Shown here piece by piece: positions 24,292-31,703 of a stretch of DNA of 43,958 nucleotides. The notes beneath the pieces are model-generated. The model was not told where the DNA came from, ran no database searches, and worked only from the letters and a program-made list of their open reading frames with translations. The DNA comes from Acidimicrobiia bacterium (GTDB taxonomy: Bacteria > Actinomycetota > Acidimicrobiia > Acidimicrobiales > JANYDT01). The stretch covers positions 1-43,958 of the forward strand of contig JAYUDQ010000022.1 in assembly GCA_043739745.1 (NCBI GenBank), given 5' to 3'. The translations under genes and the position numbers were made by a program. How positions within the stretch are numbered: the stretch's first letter is position 1; every line of letters begins with the position of its first letter.

Positions 24292-25800
24292 CTACTGGTT
24301 GGCCGCATGGACCCGAGCCAACGCTCGGATTCCGCCGGGCCGTGGCCCACGTGGCTCTTTGTAGCGCCGGGGCCACCATCCCCACACCACCGCAAGTACG
24401 AACACGGCGATCATCGGCACGTCGTTTGTATGCCCGTACGGGGTGAGGCCCGTCCGCATCCCGACCGCGGCGATCAGCACCTCCCGTCGCCCGACGACCG
24501 ACCGGGTCACCTGCCCGCCCCGTTCGTCGAGCACCACCGACAGTCCTGTGGGCGCGGCTTGGGCCACCCACCGGCCGGTCTCGAGCGCTCGCAGACGGGC
24601 CGCGGCGATCTGCTGGGTGGGAACCTGCATGGTCGTGTAGGAGGACGCATTTGTGGGGATGAGGATGGCCTGGCCGCCTTTGCGCACGCCGACGCGGGTG
24701 CGGTCGTCGAAGAAGCCCTCGTACGAGATGGCGATGGCGAACGGTCCGGCCGGTGTGTGGATGATCCCCGGCTTCGTCCCCGGCACCGCATCGCGAGCCG
24801 GGAGCGTGGCGAGGCCCCAACCTTCGATGATCGAGCGGAGCGGGAAGAACTCTCCGTAGGGGACGCGCCGGACCTTCTCGAAGCGCTCGCCGACGGTGCC
24901 ATCGGGCAGGATCACGATCGCCTGGTTGCGGAAGTTCTTCGGGCCGTCGTCCTCGATCACCCCCGCGATGAGGGAGGCGTGATGGTCCCTGGCAATGGTC
25001 TCGAGGTCGACCAACTGCGGTGCGGAGGAGAGCACCGGCACGTCGACGATGTCCTCCGGCCACAGGATCAGGTCGACCGGCCGCCTGATGCCCGCCGTGG
25101 CGTCGAGGTGCGCCTTGTAGGCACGAACCGTGCCCTGGTCGCTGGCCCGCTGGCCGCGCGGACCGCCTCCCTGCACGACCGCGACGCGGCGGGTCCCGTT
25201 CGCATGCGTCCCGTCGGGCAGCACGATTGTAAGCGCACCGATGATCACGATCACACCGGCGACCGCGAATGCGGGTTTGGGTCGCCTGCTGACGAGGAGC
25301 GCCAACGCCGCGCCCGCCGCTGCGGTCAGTCCAATGAGCAGCAGTCGTCCACCGAACGCAACACTGCGGGCAAGGGGTCCATCGGCCTGTCCGAGGTCGA
25401 TGCCACCGAGCGGCAGCCCGCCGAACGGCCACAGACTTCGAAGCGAGTCGGCGACGACGAGGCCGATCGGTACGCACACGTAGGGGTTGCGACGGCCGGC
25501 TACAGCAAGCCCGATGCCGGTGAACACCGCTTCCAGCATCGCCACGAACAGACCGCCGGGGAGGCTGAAGCTCGTCATCCACCAGAGCGACATGCCATAG
25601 AGGAGGAGCCCGAAGAGGGCGCCGAGGGCGAAGCGACGTCGTAGGCGGGCACCGTCGGCGGCGATGATCAGAAGCCCGATGCCGACGAAGGCGAGCGGCC
25701 ACCAGCCGAAGGGCGGGATCGAGAGCGACGTGATCCCCCCGCCGGCGGCAGCTAGGGCAAGGGCGTGGCGCCGGGGCAGCATGGGGCCGTTGGCGAGCAC
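24292..25800 (-). CDS. lnt: Apolipoprotein N-acyltransferase (Lnt)-like protein: polytopic N-terminal domain plus CN-hydrolase domain, with Ser at the nucleophile position
   Basis: About 6-7 N-terminal helices. The CN-hydrolase domain is collinear with E. coli Lnt landmarks: LILWPED (Glu), FEKVRRVPYGEFFP (Lys), AIAISYEGFF (E. coli has ICYE), and ARLRALETGRW. The Ser codon TCG is at 24726..24724. Confidence 0.8.
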   Translation of the reverse strand: MLANGPMLPRRHALALAAAGGGITSLSIPPFGWWPLAFVGIGLLIIAADGARLRRRFALGALFGLLLYGMSLWWMTSFSLPGGLFVAMLEAVFTGIGLAVAGRRNPYVCVPIGLVVADSLRSLWPFGGLPLGGIDLGQADGPLARSVAFGGRLLLIGLTAAAGAALALLVSRRPKPAFAVAGVIVIIGALTIVLPDGTHANGTRRVAVVQGGGPRGQRASDQGTVRAYKAHLDATAGIRRPVDLILWPEDIVDVPVLSSAPQLVDLETIARDHHASLIAGVIEDDGPKNFRNQAIVILPDGTVGERFEKVRRVPYGEFFPLRSIIEGWGLATLPARDAVPGTKPGIIHTPAGPFAIAISYEGFFDDRTRVGVRKGGQAILIPTNASSYTTMQVPTQQIAAARLRALETGRWVAQAAPTGLSVVLDERGGQVTRSVVGRREVLIAAVGMRTGLTPYGHTNDVPMIAVFVLAVVWGWWPRRYKEPRGPRPGGIRALARVHAANQ

Positions 25801-25811
25801 GGGGCCAGACG

Positions 25812-28265
25812 CTACCTACTTGTCGACAGCGGCCTTTCGCCCGATTCCGCGAGTGGAGGGCGGTGTCCGCCCGGTGTGCCGTAGAGCGTGGTCCGCTGCA
25901 CGAGTGGACGGGCCAGGGGGGCGACGAGGTCGGCCAGCTCGGCTGGAGTCTTGCCCTGCCCGTGGGTGGCGCCGGCGGCGCGGGAGATGTTCTCGTTCAT
26001 GAGGGTGCCGCCCAGGTCGTTCACGCCGGCCTGCAGGAGCTGGCGGACGCCATCGACCCCGATCTTGACCCAGCTCGCCTGCACGTTGTCGATATGACCG
26101 TGATAGGCGATCCGGCCGATGGCATGCATGAGCACGACCTCACGGAACGTCGGGCCTCGACGGGACTTGCGCTGCAGGTAGATCGGCGACGCCATGTGCA
26201 CGAACGGAAGAGGGATGAACTCGGTGAACCCCCCGGTGCGCTTCTGGACTTCGCGGGTGCGCACGATGTGCCGTGCCCATGACTTCGGCCCCTCGACCGA
26301 GCCGTGCATTATCGTGACGTTGGACCCAAGACCGACCTTATGCGCGGTCTCGTGGCACTCGAGCCACTGCTCGGAGTTGATCTTGTCGGGGCACAGCACC
26401 GACCGGACCTCATCGTCGAGGATCTCGGCCGCGGTGCCGGGGAGGGAGCGGAGGCCGGCTTCGACGAGCCGGAGCATGTAGGCCTCGAGGGGCTCGCCGA
26501 GTCGCCGCGCGCCCTCGGTCACTTCGAGTGCGGTGAACCCGTGCACATGGATGTCGGGTGCGGCCTCCTTCACCGCTCGGCAGACATCGATGTAGTACTC
26601 GCCGTCGAAGTCGGGATGGATGCCGCCCTGCAGGGTGACCTCGGTGGCACCGAGCGCCCAGGCCTCGCGCACCCGTTCGGCGATGTCTTCGAGGGTGAGC
26701 AGGTAGGGCTTGCCGCGAAGGTTCATCGAGAGCGGACCCTTGGAGAACCCGCAGAACCGGCACTTGAAGGTGCACACGTTCGTGTAGTTGATGTTGCGGT
26801 TGTGCACCCACGTGACGCTGTCACCATTCGTACGTACACGCAGCGAGTCGGCCAGCTCGGCAACGGCGGCTGCTTCGCGGCCACGAGCCGAGAACAGCGC
26901 GCCGATCTCGTCCTCGCCGATCTCGTGGCCCGCGTCGGCGGCTTCGAGGATCTCGCGGATCAGGCCGCTTGCTGCGGGACGGCCCGGTATCAGCGGAGCA
27001 GGGGTGACGGACGCGCCGGAGTACCAGCTCGTGCTCCGCTCCCCGATCAGCACGACCTCGGCGCCGTCGGAGGTGTCGGTGAAGTGCGAGACCTTCTCGG
27101 GGAAGAACGCGCCGGGGTCGTCACGGGCCAGTCCCTCGCCGTCGGAGCGGTCCGAGACGCAGAATCGGAGGCCGTCGTCGAGCCATCGCTCGCGGCCCGG
27201 ATGGACGAGATCCGGGGTCCGTTCCGGATAGATGGTGAGCCGTGGGGCGAGTGTGAAGCCGCGTTCCTCGGTGACGGTGCGGAGACGATCAAGATCCGGC
27301 CAGGGGCGTTCGGGGTTCACGTGGTCGGCGGTCACCGGGGAAACGCCGCCCCAATCGTCGATTCCTGCGTCGAGCAGCACACCGAAGTCGTCGGTCAGGT
27401 TCGGCGGAGCCTGCAGATGGACGTCGCCCGGCAGGATGAGACGGGCGACAGCGATCGACCACAACTCCTCGGGGCCGGGGCAGGGGGGAGCGTTGCGCAT
27501 CACGGTCCGGTCCTTCGGCAGGAAGTTCTGCACGATCACCTCCTGCACATGGCCGTGGCGGGCGTGACTCTGTGCGATCGCCTCCAACGCGTCGATGCGG
27601 TCGGCCCGCGATTCGCCGATGCCGCACAGGATGCCGGTCGTGAAGGGGATCGAAAGCTCGCCGGCGGCCTCCAGCGTCGCCAAACGCCGGGCGGGATGCT
27701 TGTCCGGAGCGGCGCGGTGGCACTCGAGCGTGGGGTTGAGCGACTCGAGCATCATCCCCTGACTGACTGCATAGGGGCGCAGAACCGCCATCTCCTCGCT
27801 GCTCAGGGCCCCGCAGTTGGCGTGCGGGAGGAGGCCGGTTTCGGTCAGCACGGCCTTCGCAGCTTCCGCCACGTAGTGCACGGTCGAGTCGTACCCGCGT
27901 TCGCGCAGCCATGCGCGGGCGACCTCGTAGCGATCCTCGGGTCGCTCGCCCAACGTGAACAGCGCCTCGTGGCATCCGTTGTGCGCACCGGCGCGGGCCA
28001 CCGACAGGACCTCGTCGATCGACATGAACGGCGACGGGACATGCGCCGGCGACGTGGCAAATGTGCAGTACCCGCAGGTGTCGTTGCACAGGCGGGTGAG
28101 CGGGATGAAGACCTTGGGCGAGAACGTCACTCGGTTCCCGAACGCGCGGAAGCGCTTCTGCGCGGCGGCACGCAGGAGATCCGGGAGATCAGCCGCAAGG
28201 AGCGCATCCCGGGTCCACAGACCGTCGGCGTTCGTGGTGGGTTCGGGGCGCGTTGAAGCGATCAT
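25812..28265 (-). CDS. fbiC: Bifunctional FO synthase (CofG+CofH fusion), F420 chromophore biosynthesis
   Basis: Two radical-SAM cores, CNDTCGYC and CTFKCRFC, in one roughly 817-aa protein. The ATG at 28265 shares one base with the upstream TGA (TGATG). Confidence 0.9.
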   Translation of the reverse strand: MIASTRPEPTTNADGLWTRDALLAADLPDLLRAAAQKRFRAFGNRVTFSPKVFIPLTRLCNDTCGYCTFATSPAHVPSPFMSIDEVLSVARAGAHNGCHEALFTLGERPEDRYEVARAWLRERGYDSTVHYVAEAAKAVLTETGLLPHANCGALSSEEMAVLRPYAVSQGMMLESLNPTLECHRAAPDKHPARRLATLEAAGELSIPFTTGILCGIGESRADRIDALEAIAQSHARHGHVQEVIVQNFLPKDRTVMRNAPPCPGPEELWSIAVARLILPGDVHLQAPPNLTDDFGVLLDAGIDDWGGVSPVTADHVNPERPWPDLDRLRTVTEERGFTLAPRLTIYPERTPDLVHPGRERWLDDGLRFCVSDRSDGEGLARDDPGAFFPEKVSHFTDTSDGAEVVLIGERSTSWYSGASVTPAPLIPGRPAASGLIREILEAADAGHEIGEDEIGALFSARGREAAAVAELADSLRVRTNGDSVTWVHNRNINYTNVCTFKCRFCGFSKGPLSMNLRGKPYLLTLEDIAERVREAWALGATEVTLQGGIHPDFDGEYYIDVCRAVKEAAPDIHVHGFTALEVTEGARRLGEPLEAYMLRLVEAGLRSLPGTAAEILDDEVRSVLCPDKINSEQWLECHETAHKVGLGSNVTIMHGSVEGPKSWARHIVRTREVQKRTGGFTEFIPLPFVHMASPIYLQRKSRRGPTFREVVLMHAIGRIAYHGHIDNVQASWVKIGVDGVRQLLQAGVNDLGGTLMNENISRAAGATHGQGKTPAELADLVAPLARPLVQRTTLYGTPGGHRPPLAESGERPLSTSR

Positions 28266-28804
28266 CAGAGGATCTCGGGTTCGGGGTAGCCGCCACGCGG
28301 ATGGCGGCTGCGGATCTGGCCGGGGGTGACGGTGACGTCGCAACCCCAGCAGATGAACTCCTGGTCGAGTGTCCGTCCGCACGAATCGTGCACGAGCACG
28401 ACGGGCGGCCCGGCCTCGCCCGCGACCCACCGATCCCCCCAGCGCATCAGCGCCACGAGCGACGGTGACAAGTCGACGCCCTTGGCCGTGAGCCGGTACT
28501 CGAAGCGGGTCGGCCGCTCCTGATAGGGGACCTTCTCCAGGATTCCGTGCTCGACCAGTTTGGCGAGACGGTCGGCCAGCAGGTTCCGGGCCACCCCCAG
28601 ATCGCGGTGGAAGTGATCGAAACGCCGGATGCCGCGGAACGCGTCACGCAGGATCAGGATGGTCCACCGATCGCCGATGATCTCGAGCGCTCCGGCGATC
28701 GAGCACGAGAGCTCGTGATCGCGTCCGGGGTCAAACGGTTCTGCCGGCGCATCGGCGACGACCTTCAGTGATCGCCGTCGTCCGGCTGAAGGAGTGCTCG
28801 CCAT
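28265..28804 (-). CDS. HxlR-family winged-helix transcriptional regulator with N- and C-terminal extensions
   Basis: Carries CSIAGALEIIGDRWTILILRDAF...FDHFHRDLGVARNLLADRLAKLVEHGILEKVPY...RFEYRLTAKG. The C-terminal roughly 45 aa contain C-x10-C-x2-C. Confidence 0.85.
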   Translation of the reverse strand: MASTPSAGRRRSLKVVADAPAEPFDPGRDHELSCSIAGALEIIGDRWTILILRDAFRGIRRFDHFHRDLGVARNLLADRLAKLVEHGILEKVPYQERPTRFEYRLTAKGVDLSPSLVALMRWGDRWVAGEAGPPVVLVHDSCGRTLDQEFICWGCDVTVTPGQIRSRHPRGGYPEPEIL

Positions 28805-28822
28805 CGGGCCAACATATCGACC

Positions 28823-28849
28823 TCAGTACGGAATTGCAACTGACTCAGT
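28823..28849 (-). promoter_or_regulatory. Operator-like inverted repeats upstream of hxlR
   Basis: TCAGT(28823-28827)-N11-ACTGA(28839-28843)-C-TCAGT(28845-28849). The proximal ACTGACTCAGT is an 11-bp palindrome. It lies 19-45 nt upstream of the hxlR ATG (28804) in an AT-richer gap. Confidence 0.4.
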
Positions 28850-28872
28850 CCAGAAAGACAACTCACTACTAC

Positions 28873-29733
28873 TTACACCGTGAATAGGTCGCCAAAGGCC
28901 TCGACGCGGGCCAGCGCCTCATCCCAGGTGAAGCGCAGCTCTCCCGTGGAGGCCGCGGTCTCGACCTCGTCCCACGTGACCGGTGTCGACACGGTTGGTT
29001 CCTTTCGGGCCCGCAGCGAATAGGCACAGACGGTCGTTTTCGCCCGCACGTTCTGACTCCAGTCGATCAGCACCTTGCCGTCGCGAAGGCTCTTGTCCTG
29101 CTTCGAGACCACGAGCTTCGGCAGCGATACCTCGAGGCCCTCCGCCACCCGTTTGGCCAGCGCGGTGGTGCCGTTCGGCCCGTGATAGGGGATCGGATCG
29201 GGCGGGATGGCATAGAGCTGCATGCCCTTCGACCCGCTCGTCTTGACCCGGAGATCCATGGCCAGAGGGGCGAGGAGGTCACGGATGTGCATCGCCACCT
29301 CGCTGCACTCGGCGATGCCGGTTGCCGGCCCGGGGTCGAGGTCGAACACGATCCGGTCGGGATCCCACGAGTCGTCACCGGCGCGATGCAGCGGCACGTG
29401 GAGCTCGAGCCCGGCCAGGTTGGCCATGAAGACCAGCGTGGGAAGGTCGCCGCCGATGATGTAGGTGTTGTCATTCAATGCGACACGCGGCACCCAGTCC
29501 GGTGCGTGGGATGGGATGTTCTTCGCGAAGAAGCTCGACCCGTCGACGCCGTTGGGGTAGCGGACCATCGTGACGTTGCGGCCCGCGAGATGTGGAAGCA
29601 GCACAGGTGCTATGCGCACGTAGTAGTCGATGACCTGTCCCTTCGTGAAGCCACCGGGGTAGAGCGGCTTGTCGAGGTTCGTGAGCGTGAGCGATCGCCC
29701 TTCGATCTCCACGATGGTGCCGGTCGGTGCCAT
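28873..29733 (-). CDS. Stand-alone LigD polymerase/primase (AEP) domain protein for NHEJ
   Basis: Carries LTNLDKPLYP, the IVFDLDP metal-binding motif, KTSGSKGMQLY, and VLIDWSQN. GGGAGG Shine-Dalgarno lies 4 nt upstream of the ATG at 29733. Confidence 0.85.
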   Translation of the reverse strand: MAPTGTIVEIEGRSLTLTNLDKPLYPGGFTKGQVIDYYVRIAPVLLPHLAGRNVTMVRYPNGVDGSSFFAKNIPSHAPDWVPRVALNDNTYIIGGDLPTLVFMANLAGLELHVPLHRAGDDSWDPDRIVFDLDPGPATGIAECSEVAMHIRDLLAPLAMDLRVKTSGSKGMQLYAIPPDPIPYHGPNGTTALAKRVAEGLEVSLPKLVVSKQDKSLRDGKVLIDWSQNVRAKTTVCAYSLRARKEPTVSTPVTWDEVETAASTGELRFTWDEALARVEAFGDLFTV

Positions 29734-29770
29734 CTCTGCCTCCCGAATCCCGCGGCGTCCGGGCGGATGC

Positions 29771-30571
29771 CTATGCGCTCTTGCGGGCCTTGGCTGCGGC
29801 CAGGCTTGCTTCGAGCGCGGCCATCAGGTCGACGACCTTCGGCGCTTCTTCGGTGACCGGCACCTCGTAGACCTCGCCCGCCGACTTGGCATCGATCAGC
29901 GCCATCACGCGTTCGCGATACTCGTCCTTGTACTTCGACGGCTCGAAGTCGCCGGCCGACGTCTCGACGAGCATCTTGGCCATGTCGAGCTCTTTCTCGG
30001 CGACGGCGATGCTGTGGTCGGGGAGCCCATCGATCTCGGCCGGGTTCACGATCTCGTCGGCGAACAGCATCGTCTCGAGGCACAGCATGTTGCCGATGGG
30101 CCGGATGGCGGTGAGGTACTCCTTGCTGCGCAGCACGACCTTGGCGATGGCCACCTTCTTCGTCTCGGTCATGGCCTTCACCAGAAGCGCATACGGCCGC
30201 GCCCCGCCCTTGTCGGGGGCGATGTAATACGCCTTCTCGTAGTAGATCGGGTCGATGTCGGCGAGGTCGACGAAGTCGAGGATCTGAATGGTGCGCTCGT
30301 TGGCCGCATCCCTCGGGGCAAGCGCCTCGAGCTCTTCGGGATCGATCTGGACGTAGCGGTCGCCGCCCAGGTCGTAGCCCTTGATGATGTCGTCGGCCGA
30401 AACCTCCTCGCCCGTGGTCGCTGATACCCGCTTCTGCTTGATCCGTCCGCCCGTCGACTTCTCGATCTGGTTGAACGAGATGTCCTTCGAACGGGTCGCG
30501 GTATAGAGCTTCACCGGGACGCTGAGGAGCGCGAAGCTCACGGTTCCGGTCCAGATCGGCCGAGCTGCCAT
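29771..30571 (-). CDS. ku: Ku protein (NHEJ DNA end-binding)
   Basis: Begins MAARPIWTGTVSFALLSVPVKLYTATR, the canonical bacterial Ku N-terminus. The ATG at 30571 shares one base with the ligase TGA (TGATG). Confidence 0.9.
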   Translation of the reverse strand: MAARPIWTGTVSFALLSVPVKLYTATRSKDISFNQIEKSTGGRIKQKRVSATTGEEVSADDIIKGYDLGGDRYVQIDPEELEALAPRDAANERTIQILDFVDLADIDPIYYEKAYYIAPDKGGARPYALLVKAMTETKKVAIAKVVLRSKEYLTAIRPIGNMLCLETMLFADEIVNPAEIDGLPDHSIAVAEKELDMAKMLVETSAGDFEPSKYKDEYRERVMALIDAKSAGEVYEVPVTEEAPKVVDLMAALEASLAAAKARKSA

Positions 30572-31635
30572 CAGTCGCTCCCTTGGGTGTCGGGTGGTGC
30601 AGAGGGTGGTGCTGTGGGCGGGTCGGTGACGAGACCCTTGTAGGACGGGTGTCGCAGGATGCGCTGCGGCGTCCATTCACGGTATTCGACCCGGCACCGC
30701 AGCCGTGGCGTCACGAAGACGGCAGCCTTCTCGCCGGGGTCGTTCACGAACGGGCTCACCGGTGTCCTCGATGGCTCCAGCGCCGCGTACAGGCGGTCGA
30801 GCTCGGCCATGGTGAACCCCGTCCCGGCGCGTCCCACGTAGCGGAGCGGCGAACCCGGATCATCGGTCTCGGGTACCCCGAGCAGCAGCGCGCCAATCAT
30901 CTGTTCGCGTCGCCCGGTGCCGGCCAGCCACCCGCCGATGACGAACTCGTCCGTGGTGAGGTTCTTCACCTTCACCCAAGCCGTCGTGCGCTGGCCCGGG
31001 TGGTAGCTGGAGTCGAGCCGCTTCGCCACCACTCCCTCGAGATCGACTGCCCTCGTGGCTTCGAGCAGCGCTGGGCCGTCAGGGTGCTGGTCGGAAAGCC
31101 TCCACTGGTGCCCAGCCGGAAGTTCGAGCTGCTCGAGCAGGCTCCGTCGGTCCTTCAGCGAGAGGCTGCGGGTGCTGAAGCCGTCGAGGTGGAGGAGATC
31201 GAAGACGATCAGGGCCACGGGATTGCCACGAGCCCGACGGTCGGCTTCCGGACCGCGCACGCCGAGGCGTTCCTGGAGCTTCGAGAAGCTCGGCCGGCCG
31301 GCCGCATCGAGGGCCACGATCTCGCCGTCGAGCACGACGCGATGCCCATCGAAGACCTCGGCCAGCCCGGCGAGCTCGGGGAACGTTGCGGTGACGTCGT
31401 TCCCGTTTCGGGTCACCAGCCGCACCGCCCCGATGGCGTTGTCGACGATCGACCGGACGCCGTCCCACTTCAGCTCGAAGACCCAGCCGTCGCCGTCCGG
31501 TAGGTCGCCTGCCGTCGCCAGCATCGGCCGGAGATCGGTCGGGATCGGCTCGGTGCCGGGTCGGAGATCGGGTATGCCGGTCAAGGCCCGCCACGCTACC
31601 GACGAGCCGCCCGCCCCGGAAGTCGTCGTACTCAT
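30571..31635 (-). CDS. ATP-dependent DNA ligase (LigD ligase-domain-only type)
   Basis: Carries LRPMLATAG and the adenylation motif ELKWDGVR (KxDG), about 354 aa. No polymerase or phosphoesterase domain is fused. Confidence 0.85.
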   Translation of the reverse strand: MSTTTSGAGGSSVAWRALTGIPDLRPGTEPIPTDLRPMLATAGDLPDGDGWVFELKWDGVRSIVDNAIGAVRLVTRNGNDVTATFPELAGLAEVFDGHRVVLDGEIVALDAAGRPSFSKLQERLGVRGPEADRRARGNPVALIVFDLLHLDGFSTRSLSLKDRRSLLEQLELPAGHQWRLSDQHPDGPALLEATRAVDLEGVVAKRLDSSYHPGQRTTAWVKVKNLTTDEFVIGGWLAGTGRREQMIGALLLGVPETDDPGSPLRYVGRAGTGFTMAELDRLYAALEPSRTPVSPFVNDPGEKAAVFVTPRLRCRVEYREWTPQRILRHPSYKGLVTDPPTAPPSAPPDTQGSD

Positions 31636-31647
31636 GCGCCCGCTCGC

Positions 31648-31662
31648 GACCTTCGGAAGGTC
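31648..31662 (-). promoter_or_regulatory. 15-bp palindrome 12 nt upstream of the ligase start codon
   Basis: GACCTTC-G-GAAGGTC, perfect 7-bp arms. On the coding strand it contains GAAGG, the only Shine-Dalgarno-like sequence upstream of the ATG at 31635. Confidence 0.4.
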
Positions 31663-31681
31663 CGCCCGGTCTGGCCGGGCG
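31663..31681 (-). terminator. GC hairpin 22 nt downstream of the hemY stop (candidate terminator/attenuator)
   Basis: CGCCCGG(31663-31669)-tctgg-CCGGGCG(31675-31681). Stem is 7 bp, all but one pair G:C. No U-tract. Confidence 0.4.
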
Positions 31682-31703
31682 AAGGTTCCGATCGTCGGCT
31701 GGT

